DNA of 64,000 nt from the human T2T-CHM13v2.0 reference genome, Homo sapiens: the NCBI RefSeq assembly GCF_009914755.1, contig NC_060935.1; one strand, 5' to 3'. Below the pieces are notes generated by a model. The model was given only the letters and a program-made list of their open reading frames with translations. It had not been told where the DNA came from and made no database searches. Positions 44,329 through 59,362 of the stretch are shown here, one piece after another. The position numbers and the translations under genes were made by a program. Within the stretch, counting starts at the first letter, position 1. Every line of letters begins with the position of its first letter.

Positions 44329-44982
44329 AGAGGTCATCTGCTTACCTGTGCCATTTCCCAGTTGATGAAGCTTGCCACAGTTTATCCAAGAATACACGGA
44401 GTGGGAAAGGTAGAATTTAGTTTGCCCAGGTAATGTTCTCGCAGTGATTTCCCTCTGGGCCTCCCACCAACGCTGTCTCTTGTGATGAAACTGGGGAGAA
44501 CTGTAGGGAGGAAGATAATTTCTGCCTCTCAAAACTCACAGGCTGATGGAAGGAGATCCCATAAAGCATTTATTGTAGAAAAGGAAGAAGTGGCAGAGGA
44601 AAATGCTGGAGAAAAGAAGATAGAAGAACAAAGCAATTGCCAAGCCCAGGTGTAAGGTGACCAGGTCTGCCTGGGATGATGGCAGCTTGAATGGTGAGGA
44701 AAGACAAAATGTGAGAAGAACATGTAAGAAGATTTGACCATGTTTGTATAGAGACTATCTTCCTTGGTTCATCCTTAAATGAAATGAAAATCCTGTAGCA
44801 CCATTTCTAGCATTTGGTAAGTACTCAAGAAACGTGAGCTTTTACTGACCATAGACTGAACATATAGGCTACTAATGAGAAAATTCCTATACTTGAAGAA
44901 GCCTAACTTGCTAGGCCAATTTTATATTTTTGCTGGGCTGCCATAGGGTTAGAATTAAAGGCACATTAAAATATGTATTAAA

Positions 44983-45262
44983 AGGCCAATAGTGGTGGCT
45001 CATGCCTGTAGTCCTAGCACTTTAGGAGGGTGAGACAGGTGGAACACTTGAGGAGTTTAAGACCAGTCTGGGCAACATGGTGAAACCCTGTCTCTACAAA
45101 AAATACAAAAATTAGCCTGGCATAGTGGTGCATGCCTATAGTCCCAGCTATTTGGAGGTGAGATGATTGCTTGAGCCTGGAAGTCGAGGCTACAGTGAGC
45201 TATGATCATGCCACTGCACTCCAGCCTAGGCAACAGAGTGAGACCCTGTCCCCCCCAAAAAA
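44983..45262 (+). mobile_element. AluJ
   Basis: Diverged Alu with J-type GAGGCTACAGTGAGCTATGATC; TGTATTAAA TSD. Confidence 0.9.
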
Positions 45263-46487
45263 TTGTATTAAAGATACATTATAATGTGAATGTGTCTGTA
45301 GTATACATTAAGTCTTTATGTCTGTAAAGACATGCCACATTCTTTCTTTTTCTCTCTCAGCATATGTACACACATACATACACACTTAAATCTCTGTGTG
45401 TGTACGTGTGTGTACATATGTACACAAATGGCACATTAGCTTTATCTAGAAATGGATACATATGCATTAAGCTACTGTAAAGTTTATGCACACTTAAAGG
45501 CACATTAATTCTATCCAGGCATATTTCTCTATAATGTACTGTATATCTGTATGTATACTAATACATTATTCTATCATCCATCATAAATTTCTGGCCCCCC
45601 CACAGGAAATGACCTTGTATTTTATGATCAATGCAAGGACAAAAGATTTTGCATCCTTAAATTATATTCAATACATACTCTGTGAATAAAAATGCCATAA
45701 CTTAAAATATTGCCCTTGGTATTTGCATAGTGCCTTTCATTACTGTTGAACAAAAACTAATCTATGCATTCATTCTGTGGAGATAAGTTGTATAAATGTG
45801 ATAAGTGAGATATTTTCTTCCTTAGTCCTTAAAATGATAGTGTAAGGAAATGGAATTCTTTTGCCTGGAGATGAGATTACCCAAGGGTATAATATTTCCA
45901 GAATGGATACTATGAAGTTGTAGGAAGTTGCTGTATCTCATTTTCAGTGAGGCCACAAGAGAAAATTGTTGTAGCAAGAAGTTGTGGTTTAGGCTTTAAA
46001 ATGCCTTTGCTGTGAGGTTAACATAGAAGGAATGGGCCATTAAAGAAGTTTGTATATTCTTCCTTTTTTCGATGTTTCAATAAAGTAACCAGTTCTTTGA
46101 GGTTAAGTCAGTCTGTTCGACAGCCTATTCTAAGAAGAAATGGCGCCTTCCTACCCACAGTGGGTGAGTCTAGGGAAGTAGTTTTATATCACCACAACCC
46201 TGATACACCTTTCTTTCCCCCACAACATGTGCTGATTGGACCAGGGATGGGAATTGTAATGACGGGAAACCAATTAGAAAACTGGTCAGAGACACCATGT
46301 AGCCTGACATTAAAGAATGAACTGCACCTATCCTGTTTACTTTTTCAGTAAATTACTCTAGAGAAAATGTATTTTAACAATGGGAGCTGAAGTTGAAGGG
46401 AAGCCATGAAATAGAGGGGAGTTGTCTCTAGCCATTTGCTTAGAAAAGTAGCAGGGACACACACACACACACACACAAAATAAAAAC

Positions 46488-46765
46488 AATAAGACATAAG
46501 ACCTACTTACTATTTGATAACACAACAGGGTGACTATAGTCAATAATTTAATTGTACATTTATAAATAACTAAAAGAGTATAACTGATTGTTTGTAACAC
46601 AATGGATAAATAGTTGAGGGGATGGGTACTCCATTTTCCACGATGTGATTATTACGCATTGCATGCCCGTATCAAAGTATCTCATGCACCCCATAAATAT
46701 ATGCATTATATACCCCATAAACCTAATATGTACCCACAAAAATTAAAAATAAAAATGAAAAAAGT
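46488..46765 (+). mobile_element. L1MA 3' end
   Basis: TATTTGATAACACAACAGGGTGACTATAGTCAATAAT...TATGTACCCACAAAAATTAAAAATAAAAA. Confidence 0.9.
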
Positions 46766-46946
46766 AGCAGGTAATATTAACAAGCAGAGGAAATTATGAC
46801 TAGAAAGCGGAGGTTGGATAGACGCAGGAGAGAGAAAAATGAGCAAGAATGCTCATGTGACTAATGAGAGACCTGCTTTAATTCGTGTCTTCCCAGACCT
46901 CATGCCATGCACCCTATTCCCATTTTTTCTTAAAGAACTTGAGAGT

Positions 46947-47640
46947 CTGTATCAGTTAGATGATTTGGGCTGCAAGAAATAAAAATAGTCATCTGAAAGC
47001 AGTGTAAACTAGGGACATTTATTATCTCACATAACATGAAGTGTGGAGACCAGCACGGTTTTAGGCTGTCTCAGTGATGTCATCAGGGATACAGTTCCGT
47101 TCTATCTTTCCTATGTGCTGTACTCATCATTTTGGCTGACTTTGGTGCATTCTTGTGAAATTGAGTTGCTTCTCAGCTTTCTCCACGGAGGGCTTACATT
47201 CAGCTCATTCAGCTTTCTTGGGTCTGCAAGTCAGTTCTACTTGTCTGTATGCTTCCTACTTTGTAAAATTTTCTTGGTCTTCTCTCCCCTCCTATTTTCC
47301 TCATTATTACAAATTTATGCCTTAAAGGAAATAATACTATTATTTTAGTGGTGTTTTGAGAGGAACCAGTGGTAAATACATGTATTTAATCATTTAATCT
47401 GATCTGCCAACTTTATTGTGAAGTCCCTTGCGTCTCTCTTTTAAGATGAAAGACATTTACTTGAGAAGTTTTCTCACTAGACTTCCCCTCCCATATCATT
47501 GGCCAAGATGGAGCTATATGCTGTATGCAGAAGACAGAGTCATAAGCCAATCACTGGCAAGGGGAATGAGGTCACTTTGGCTTGGACAAATTGCCATTCA
47601 CTTTTGGCAATGAGAAGGAGCACCTTCCTTTGAGCACATA
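46947..47640 (-). mobile_element. Old MLT1-type LTR, probably interrupted by an L1M fragment (about 47130-47410)
   Basis: TGTATCAGTTAG...GGCTGCAAG...CATTTATTATCTCACATAAC and TCATTGGCCAAG...CCAATCACTGGCAAGGGGAATGAG. Confidence 0.55.
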
Positions 47641-48241
47641 GCTGTATGGAGGATGAACAACTAGAGAATGATCTTCAAAATACTGAACAATGGATGGAGC
47701 ATGGACCAACCAGTCAAAATGGGCATGCTACCCAAATAGAGCAAAGAAAACCCTATAAATACCCAAATGAAATCTGGTTCAACCAACAAGGAAGAAGATG
47801 GAAACAAAAGTCTTGGTTTCTAGCACCTAAATAACAATTGCAGAAAATAAAGTACACAACTGCTTCAGAGGAAGGACCAAATCACCTCATAAGGACCATT
47901 CCAGCCTGTAAATTTTTACGCAGAAGAGAATTGTTCCATTTAATGAATATTTTATTAAAGGAGTCTACAACCTGAACTGAGTATCACTGCAGGGAGCCAG
48001 AGTACATGTAAATTACAGGGTTGTGGGCACTTTCCAATTCTGGCACAACCTTTATGTAAAAGGTTACCCTAGTCCTTTAAGAGTGAACTTTTAGAGAAAG
48101 GTTCTACCTCAATGGTATTTGCAACTAATTGGCTTTATCTTACTTGCCAGCTCTTGATTGATGAAGCTGGCTGAAGGGTTGGATTGAATAGAACTCGGAG
48201 GTTGAGTTGGAATCAGCTGGAAAGAGCACTATGTTCATTTG

Positions 48242-48244
<3 letters not shown>

Positions 48245-48293
<49 letters not shown>
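48245..48293 (+). repeat. (TG)24 microsatellite
   Basis: Directly visible. Confidence 0.97.
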
Positions 48294-48296
<3 letters not shown>

Positions 48297-50454
48297 ATTG
48301 GCATGGGGAATGGCAGCACTTGGGCCATGTATTTTCTCTCTTCTTTCAGGTCAGTTTTGTATGGGCTGAGACTCCATGGAGTCACCTAAGCTGGAGGCTT
48401 CCAAATTACAAACTGTACCTAAGACAAGGAGACGACCTTTCTTAGTGGGTGACATTCTTAGTCTAGGAAGAGGAGCATTCCTGTGGAAGAGTTCTCAGGG
48501 ATTTGGGTAACATCAGAGTCAGAAGGAAAAGGAAGTTTTGTTGAGTTTCATATTTGAGAAGAAAGCTAGAAGGCAGAAGTCCAAGGGTGTGTCAGTTATT
48601 TTGAAAAGTAAAACATGAAGAAGAGAAGTATAAAATATTTCCAAAGCTCTGGGTTTAATGACACCAAGTTTGCTAGTTTTGTTTCCTGGTGGTAATTAGC
48701 AGTCAAACAACATGTGTGCTTTGGGTCATCAAATATTATTGTGGGTAGGGAGAGCAGCCAGTCTTGAGCAACATGATTTCAAGGGATTGAGTGAGTGATG
48801 AAAATTATTGCAGGATAGGAAAGCAAGTTGGATTTCTGGTAACTACAGTAAAGAGGAAAAGAGAATGTGAAGAATAGACTGACAGGGAAGCTCTAGGTTG
48901 AGCGACAGAAAGGCCTGTGTGGAGGTTTCCAAATATAGTGCCTTATACTACTCAAAGCCCTTCCTATTGTCTTGTATAATTCTCTTACTACTCTTTGGAT
49001 TGGGTACACTTGATATTTTTAGTTCTGTTTTTCTGAATAAGTTAATTTTCAGAGAAGGTAAAGTAACCCAAAAGTACACAGCTAGATGGAAGCTGATCTA
49101 GGACCAGAAATGAGTTCTTTCAACTTATAGATCAGGGCCTTTCCTACTATCCTGCAAGGCCACTGAGATCTAAAACAGAACTGTCTGATCTGCAGGATAT
49201 CTAGAAGTATATTAGGCACAGGTGGGGGTGTATGGGTGGGGAAGACAGTATTCCAAGTAGAGGAAATAGCACTTGCAAGACCCTGGGGAATGAGAGAGAA
49301 TGGTGGTTCCTAAGAACACAGAGCAGACCCGTAGAGCAAGAGCAGGAAAAGCAATATGGACACTGGTGTAAGATGAGGCTAAACATGTAGCAGGGGCCAG
49401 ATTCTGAAGCCTTTGAGGGCTAGCATTTTACTTATTTAGCTAAATCTCACACTCACCAGCAGTTTCCTTTCTAAATAGGATCAACATGCATTTCTTTGGA
49501 CCTTTGCTGACACCAAATGGTACCAGTCTTTGAGCCTCTCAAGTGAGGTGGGAGGTGGGGAAAGGAGGACATAAAATTAGCATAAGTACATAAACCTAGT
49601 TGCACACCAGTCTTAGTATGAGTAAATAACATGTTCTGCATTTTCATGTGCTACTACTTTCCAAATGAATATAGATGTTATGATGAATAAAACTCAAATT
49701 CATTTCAATGTACTCCTGAATTCCTGGGAGCTTTTAGCTGTTATGCATATAACCCTTCTGCCTCTTGCCTTATCGGTCTGTGACAACAAATACAGTTACA
49801 ACTCCTTTTGCTCTACAAATTATTGTGGCTTGAAAGTTGACCCCACTCAAAGTATCATCCAGCTATTTCTGGGTATTTCCATGGGGATGGAATAGATCCC
49901 TTGGGCTCTTCCTACCTGAGTTTCTCCACCTCTTCTCCTCTTCTCTGAGTTTCATGCTATTGTCCATGCTCTGTTCTCCTTGTGGTTCACTGCTTTTCTG
50001 TGCCTATCTTTGTTCATTCCCACCTCCCATGAACCCATCACTACCTTTCTTTATTCCCGCCACTCCTGAACCCCTTACTATGTTTGTTCATTTCCATTGG
50101 TCATGTCAGCACTGCTACTGTTGGGCTCAAAGGCTGAGATAGTTTGTTTTCTACATGGAATGGAACTGTGACAGAATCTCCTGAGGGTTGAGGGTGGCTC
50201 TGTCACTTCCCTGAGACTGGCCTCTTCTCCAGCCATCATCTCTGCACTTCTACACCCACAGCTGCAGCTGATGTAAGAGGACCAGCATATATGCTTGTGG
50301 AAAGCCCAGACTTGCTCTTACTACACTCTTCTAGCCTCCCCAGTTGTACAAGGGCTGCTTACTCCCAATGATGAAATTTCTCTGAGGGTTTGATACCTAG
50401 GATTTCAGTACAAATGGCCCAACAGAAATAGAGGAATTCCTTTCTTCCTCTAGT

Positions 50455-50667
50455 CCGGGGATCAGCAAACTAACTCAGGGGCCAAATCCACTTGTTTTTA
50501 TAAATAAAATTTCACTGAAACCCAGCAACACCTATTTTATTTATATATTGTTTATGACTGCTATTATACTACACTGGCAGAGTTGAGGTTATGACAGAGA
50601 TGGTATGACCTACAAAGTCAAAAATATTTACTATCTGGAATTTTACAGAAAAAGATTCTCAGTTCTT
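50455..50667. mobile_element. MER58A hAT DNA transposon
   Basis: GGGGATCAGCAAACT...GGCCAAATCC...AAAATATTTACTATCTGG...TTTACAGAAAAAG. Confidence 0.85.
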
Positions 50668-50689
50668 TATCTCATCCATAAAATCATTC

Positions 50690-50948
50690 AAGGAATTGTT
50701 TTAAAATGAAAAGTGGGTGATATGATCAGATTTATACTTTTCAAAGGTCACTCCAGTTGTAGTGACAAGAGTGGACTCAGGGTGGGAAAATAAAACTGTA
50801 GACAGAGACCAGATAAGAAGCTGTTCCAGTAATTCAGAGAAGAGGTGATGGTGGCCTGAACCGAAGGAACAACAGTGAAAATGCAGAGAGGTGATGGATT
50901 TGAGAACTATTGAGGAGGTAGAAATGATAAAACGTGATAATGGATCAG
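50690..50948 (-). mobile_element. L2 relic
   Basis: GTGATATGATCAGATTTATACTTTTCAAAGGTCACTC...GAGGTGATGGTGGCCTGAAC. Confidence 0.75.
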
Positions 50949-51529
50949 GTGCTTCATGCCTCTTCTCTGACACTCAGCCGCCAGGCTCTAGGTACTAGAA
51001 GTCTGATCATGGATTTGCTTCTTTGTTTCTGTGGTCTCCTGATTCCTGTCTGGGTCTTCTTCTAACCCCACTGGAGCATTAGAGTTCTATTTTCCTACTT
51101 TTGCCTGATTGCTAGGGCTCTGCTGCCTCTTGACTATCCTCTGTGAGGCAATTAGGGGAATTCAGTATTAGGATCCATGTATCTTGTCTTTGTCCACCAA
51201 TAGAAGATACTGCTAACTTGGACTTGCATTGCCTTCTGATATTATAGGCAGAAACCTCTGTGAGAGGTTCTGTGATTTCTCTGTCAGGCTGAACTTTCTG
51301 CTAGCAGTTGTGTATTCCAGGAAATGAATATAGCTCTAAATCCAAATTCTCACAGTTTGCTTGGTTCTTTTACAGTACTTGAGATGTGCTGGGCCAATTC
51401 CAAAGGTAAAGAAGAGTAGGTGGGTATCCTGGGGCTTCATTATATTAAAAGTGCTAATTCTTTGATTTTTATTCACTTATCTCAACTGATTAATAATTTT
51501 TGATGGAATGAGAAAAGATAACTCTGTTT

Positions 51530-51990
51530 TAGTCTTCCCTCTAGGGTTCTGTCTTTGTTTATTCTATATCCCTATATGCTGATAACTTCCTAGTTTCTGT
51601 CCTAGAATCTAGCATATATCCAGCTTCCACTGAATTCCTCCACCTGGATGTTACCAAAACACTCAAGGTTCAATCTGTCTAAAACCTGAAACCTTTATCT
51701 TATTGCTCCTTTTCCTTTTCTTCTTCCCATATCCTTTGTGCTAATGAATGGCCCCACCAATCAATCCTGTCACACAAGCAAAAGATGTGGAAGTCATCTT
51801 GGAGTTATAAATTCTTCCTATTTCCTTACTCTACAATCTATCAGGATTCTGTCTCTTAAATACATTTTAAAAATCCTTATCTCTTCTACATTCTTGCTGC
51901 CTTAGTTTAGTCTTTTTATGTCTCATAATGACTAGTCATTTCCTGGCTTGTCTCTCTGCCTCTTGTCCTGTTCTGATCTAATCCTTCAAG
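51530..51990 (+). mobile_element. L2 relic
   Basis: CCTATATGCTGATAACTTCC...CTCCACCTGGATG...CAATCTGTCTAAAAC. Confidence 0.7.
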
Positions 51991-52622
51991 GACAGGAACA
52001 AAATGACCATCATTTTAGTAGCCTCAGAACTGAGGATGAGATGGGAACACAGAAGGTCCTTGTTGAATATGCACCAATCTAAATAAAGAGGAAAATCAGG
52101 ATCACATGTGTCTTTTCCTTTTGATACTCCTGATCTAAGATTTTCTCTTGTCGGTATCTTCCTTCTGGTTCCTAGAAAATTCCTCCTATGCTATGGAAGA
52201 CCTCAAATGAGGTTTCTACCAAGACTTTGAGAAGATTTGAAGCTTTTTTAAAATAAAAAGTTTAGCTTTTTCACAGGCACTGTTATGGCTCACTGGGGAG
52301 GTGGGAAGGCCTTCTGCTGGGGTGAGAATACAAGTCAGGCTCCTAAATTTTCATAACGGAATGTCAGCCTTGCCACCTGACAGTCTAAAACATATGCCCA
52401 AAGCATATGGATCTCTTTTCAATCAACACAACGTCTTCACTTCCTCTAAAGAGCTCAATCTTGGACTGACTGATATTCAGCCCTATCCAAGAAGCTCAGC
52501 TAAAAAGAGTGATATTTGAGAGATATTTGGAGCTAATCATTCAGTCTCTAAGTTTGGACTACAAGTTAAAAATTCGTTTGGACCACAGCTCTAATTCCAT
52601 TAGAAATGTCATCAGTGAATAA

Positions 52623-52947
<325 letters not shown>

Positions 52948-54447
52948 TGTGCTTTCTGATTTTGTGCAGGATTGATAAAAAGATGCCTACTACTGAAGAA
53001 TCACCCCCAAAGTATTTTTCCATTATCTTAATGTGTCTTTGAGAAAAAAAAAACTTCTAAAGAAGTAGCATGCTTCTTATATTGGGTAATGAGAACTACT
53101 ATAGTTCTGTTCAAGACAAAGTTTCAACATCTGAGCTATCCCTCTTCTTTGGATAATAGTAACTATAGATAAAATAACAAAAGAGAAAATTTAAAATACA
53201 ATAACACTTTAAGGAACAAACTAAATATGTCTTTGACTAGAAAAGAACAGAAATGCAAAGCAGTAGGGCTGGAGATGAGTGTCTGCTGGGCTGTAGCACT
53301 GTAGGCAGGCAGAGATGATTAGGAGTTCAGCACTCACAAGGTGACAGGATCTAAAAGTGCCAAGCAGGTGGCAACCAGACATTGGATCATTGTTTGAAAT
53401 CAGGGTCTGAGGTGGAGTACCACTCCATAAAAGGAAGCTTAAAAAAAACAAAAACAAAAAACTGCTGTCTAATACTACCAGAATATCAAGAAAGGAAGTA
53501 AAGATGAAGCTACAGTTTTGAAGCCAGAGCTTCTGTGAAGCTGCCTTCTGGCTCAGTGACGAGTGATAATGTCACAATTATCCCAATGAGGCAGGAACAC
53601 TGATATAACAATATAAGATGTATTTCTAATTTGGGATCCTAACAGGGTTGGCTGAGGGCCATTGAAAACCCACCAGAAAGGGAGGAAAGAGATGGAGGAA
53701 GAAAAGCCTAAATAATTGACAAAGCTTCCGCCTACCCAAGACAAACCTGAAAATCTAAATTCCATAATTAATGAAGAAAAAAATGCTAAAAATAGCTGTG
53801 AAGATAAATTATTGACATCAATTCCTTCTCAGATGAAGTGAAAATAATTATACAATCTGAAAAATGCTTTATAATAAGACATTTATGATCTTTCACAGAT
53901 AAGATAAAAAGGAAAAACATTCATAATGAAGACTAAGAAAATATAAAACAAAACCATGCAAAAATGATATGATAACAGGCAGATCTAAAAATAGCTTATT
54001 AAAAATTAGAGAATTAACATGGCATAAACTTTTGAAAAGGCAAAAGCAAAGAGAGAATTAGTAAATCAAAAAAATAGACCTGAGACATTATGAAAAAGCA
54101 GTTCAGAGAAAGGGAAGGAGGATTGAGGAGGTGAAAGGTATAGCAGAAGCTCCAGAAGAAGAGAGAAAAGAGTGAAGTAGCAACAGTTGAAGAGACTTTG
54201 GCTATGCATTTTTCAGTGTTGAAGACACAAGTCTCAGATGACAAATGTAATCCAGGTTCTAAGAAGGATGAATGAAAATAAATGCATACTTAGATACATC
54301 TTAGTAAACTTGAAGATAAGGAGAAAATATTATAAAGTTTTAGTTATGCAAGATGAATAAGTTCTAGAGATCAGGTGTACAACATTGTGCCTGTAGTTAA
54401 CAGTACTGTGTTTTGTACATAAACATTTGTTGAGAGAGTAGATCTCA

Positions 54448-54940
<493 letters not shown>

Positions 54941-55089
54941 CTAGAATTATATGCCTGGCAAAACCACCTATGTGTAAAAGGTTACATCAGGCCAGGTACC
55001 TAAACATAACAAGGCTTTCCCGGGAAGGAAACATCGGTTCTCACAACATCATTTCCTTGGATGCTTACTGAGTTAACATAAATATGGAA

Positions 55090-55377
<288 letters not shown>

Positions 55378-55965
55378 ATAAATATGGAATACTGCATGCT
55401 AAGAGCTAATGATCTGTCTTGTTTACTCTGAAATTCCTGATTAGAGAGAGCATATCTGGACTGAGATTATTCTATGTGGGCATACAAGTTTTGGGCCTAT
55501 ATGACAGGAACAATATATAAGAGAGGTGGGAAACTAAGGCAGTAGCTTCTCTGTGCTAAGTGAAACCATATATGTGTTGAAGTCATCCCCATTTTCTGTA
55601 CACATGCTGTGTAGGTAAGGGGAGATAAAGGAAGCTGTGCATACATATACTTTTAGGACCTCTAAGTAGTAATAAGGCTGTTTTTCTTGACTTCTATGCT
55701 TCTATAAATCTGAATAATTTAATGATAGATTAAATCCTATTGTGTTACATGAATTTGATTCCAGTCTTAACTTGTGATCACTGCTAGTAAAATAAAACAT
55801 TTTTTCACATACAAAAATTAGGAGACTTTTCCACTCACAAACTATTATGGAATGAACTATAAAGGATGTACTTTAGCAAGAAGAAAATTGAACTCAAGGA
55901 GGAAGACTGAGATGCAAGAAACAAAACCAAGTAGAGAAACTTAAAAATTAAGTGGATAACTAATG

Positions 55966-57462
55966 GTTATCTACCCAAAGGAAAATAAGTAATTATACGA
56001 AAAAAGATACTTGCACACACATGTTTATAGCAGCACAGTTCACAATTGCAAAAATGTAAGCCAACCCAAATGCCCACCAATCAATGAGTAGATAAAGAAA
56101 CTGTGAGATATATATATCTAGATATATCTATATTTATATCTAGTATCTAGATATATCTATATTTATATCTAGTATCTAGATATATCTATATTTATATCTA
56201 GTATCTAGATATATCTATATCTAGTATCTAGATATATCTATATCTATATCTAGTATCTAGATATATCTATATCTATATCTAGTATCTAGATATATCTATA
56301 TATCTAGTATCTAGATATATCTATATTTATATCTAGTATCTAGATATATCTATATTTACATCTAGTATCTAGATATATCTATATTTACATCTAGTATCTA
56401 GATATATCTATATTTACATCTAGTATCTAGATATATCTATATATCTAGTATCTAGATATATCTATATTTATATCTAGTATCTAGATATTTCTATATTTAT
56501 ATCTAGTATCTAGATATATCTATATTTATATCTAGTATCTAGATATATCTATATTTATATCTAGTATCTAGATATATCTATATTTATATCTAGTATCTAG
56601 ATATATCTTTATATCTAGTATCTAGATATATCTTTATATCTAGTATCTAGATATATCTTTATATCTAGTATCTAGATATATCTTTATATCTAGTATCTAG
56701 ATATATCTTTATATCTAGTATCTAGATATATCTTTATATCTAGTATCTAGATATATCTTTATATCTAGTATCTAGATATATCTTTATATCTAGTATCTAG
56801 ATATATCTTTATATCTAGTATCTAGATATATCTTTATATCTAGTATCTAGATATATCTTTATATCTAGTATCTAGATATATCTTTATATCTAGTATCTAG
56901 ATATATCTTTATATCTAGTATCTAGATATATCTTTATATCTAGTATCTAGATATATCTTTATATCTAGTATCTAGATATATCTTTATATCTAGTATCTAG
57001 ATATATCTATATCTAGATATAGATATATATATGGATATATATGTGGTAACTGTGATATATACATACATATATATATAAAATGGAATACTACTCAGCCCAA
57101 AAAGGAATGAATTAATGGCATCTGCAGCAACCTGGATGGGACTGGAGACCATTATTGGAGTAACTCAGGAATGGAGAGGCAAACATCATATGTTCTCACT
57201 CATAAGTGGCAGCTAAGCTATGAGAATGCAAAGGCATAAGAATTGACACAATAAAATTTGGGGACCTGGGGAAAGGGTGAGAAGGGTCTGAGGGATAAAC
57301 GAGTACAAATTGGGTTCAGTGTATACTACTCTGGTGATGGGTGCACCAAAATCTCACAAATCACCACTAAAGAACTTGCTCATGTAACCAAACACCATCT
57401 GTTCCCCAATAACCTATGGAAATGAAAAAATTTTTTAAAAAGTTGAATGGAAACTCAAAAAA
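55966..57462 (+). mobile_element. 5'-truncated L1PB 3' end containing a VNTR
   Basis: AAAAAGATACTTGCACACACATGTTTATAGCAGC...CAAATCACCACTAAAGAACTT...AACCTATGGAAAT; TSD AAAAATTAAGTGGATAA. Confidence 0.92.
56107..57076. repeat. AT-rich minisatellite (23-29-bp units; 16 perfect copies of TCTAGATATATCTTTATATCTAGTA at 56596-56995)
   Basis: Directly visible tandem array. Confidence 0.98.
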
Positions 57463-58044
57463 AATTAAGTGGATAAGGTTTTTTTTTTTTCAATTAAAAA
57501 GTGAAACAAATTGCTAAACCACAATAATAGAAGATAAGGTGAGTCTTCACTGGATACTTAATGTGTTAACATCTTTGTCCTATTTGAGAGGAAGATAGAG
57601 ATACTATGCTGAATGACTTTATACTCTCCAAAAAAAAACACTGAAAAAAGGATACAGTTTTAAAATTATAAAGTATATATTTTTAAAACTTATTTAAATA
57701 CATATTTTATCATTTTAAAACTTAAGAATAACCATTAAAATGAGAGTAATATTCTCCATAGCTTCTGAATTCACAGAGCAAAAAGGAGTATAGAAAATTT
57801 TATCAGTACCCCAGGAGGTAGAAAAGGAGGAAAAAAAGAAGCAAAAAGAAAGGAGGAGAATTAGATAACCAATGAGTTTTCGTTTTTCCTATGGCTGGCA
57901 GGAAGACCAGATAAAAAATATTTTCCAAGTATTTCATCCTATATTCCTAATATGATTATTTTCACTTTTCATAAGATAGTTTCATTTCTTTTGCCTTCAT
58001 TTTGGATATCTATATAGTCAAGTTTAAAAAAAGCCACAAGAAAA

Positions 58045-58105
58045 TCACATGGGGGGTTAGGGCTTCAACATATGAATTTTGGGGGATATAATTCAGTCCA
58101 TAACT
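58045..58105 (-). mobile_element. MLT1A-type LTR terminal fragment
   Basis: GGGTTAGGGCTTCAACATATGAATTTTGGGGGATATAATTCAGTCCATAAC. Confidence 0.75.
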
Positions 58106-58199
58106 ACCCTGAACCCCTGTCCTGCAGTAATGCCCTGCCCTCTCTGGTGGAGCCTGTGTGTGAAACCCTGACTTCCATCTCTGCCCTGCATTAACAAGG

Positions 58200-59362
58200 A
58201 AACAAAACTGGTAAATTAAACTTCATCAAAATTACAGTATTTTGCTCTGTAAAATACCTGCTACAAAGATGAAAAAACAAGCTGCAGACTGAGAGAAAAT
58301 ACTTGCAAATTACTTACCTAATAAAGGACTTATATCCAGAATATATAAAGGACTCTCTAAATTCAGTAGTAAGAAAACAAACAATGCAATTAGAATATGG
58401 TCAAAATCTTAAACAGACACTTTTCTAAAGATGACATACTGGTGGCAAATCAGTATACGAAAAAATAGCCTCTAGGAAAATGCGAATTAAAGCTATATGT
58501 GCTACCACACCTATTAGAATAACCAAAATAAAAATTACTGATAGTACCAAGTGCTGATGAGGAATGTTAAATGGCATAGCCAATTTGGAAAATAGTTTGG
58601 CAGTTTCCTATAAACATACACACACCATAGGACCCAGCAATCTCTTTCATCAGTGTTTATCTTAGAAAAATGAAAAGTTATGTTCACACAAAAACCTGTA
58701 CATGAATGTTTATAGCAGCTTTATACTGTACCGGTCAACACTGGAAACAACCCAAATGTCCTACAACTGATGAATACAAAAACAAACTGTGGGCCATCTA
58801 TACTATAGAATACTGCTCAAAAATTAAATGGAATTAACTGGTTCATGTAACATCTTGGATGGATCTCAAAAGAGTTATGCATAGTGAAAGAGGCCAGTCT
58901 CAAAAGGTTGCATATTGTATGATTCCATTTATATAATATTATTGATGTGGCAAAATCATAATGCTGCATAGATCTATGATTGCCAGGAGTTAGGATTGGG
59001 GCTAGGATATGATCATTAAGGTGTAACTCAAGGGAGTTTCTTTGTGGTGATAAAACAGTTCTGTATACTGACTGGTGATGGTTACACCAATCATAGAACG
59101 ATATACACATGCACATACCCCCAAAAGAAGTCCACACAAAATCTGGTGAAATCCAAATAATGTATTGTACTGTTGTGATACACATTATTATTGTATTGTA
59201 TGTAACAATGTCAGTTTCTTACTTTTGACAACGTTCTATGGTTATGCAAGATATTATCATTAGGAAAGGCTGAATGAGGGGTACATGAAAATTCTCTGTA
59301 CTATATATGGAATTACTTTTGCATCTAAAACTATTTCAAAGTAAGAGTTATAATTTTAAAAA
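58200..59362 (+). mobile_element. L1MC/L1MD-type ORF2 end plus 3' UTR
   Basis: AACTTCATCAAAATT...AAAGGACTTATATCCAGAATATATAAAG...GTTATGCAAGATATTATCATTAGG. Confidence 0.85.

Noticed and set aside
45850-46480. Possible CR1/L3 and LTR16-like relics
   Set aside because: Similarity too weak to call without an HMM search
56107-57076. CRISPR-like array of ~25-29-bp palindromic repeats
   Set aside because: Units are head-to-tail with no unique spacers, there are no cas genes, and the context is a primate L1
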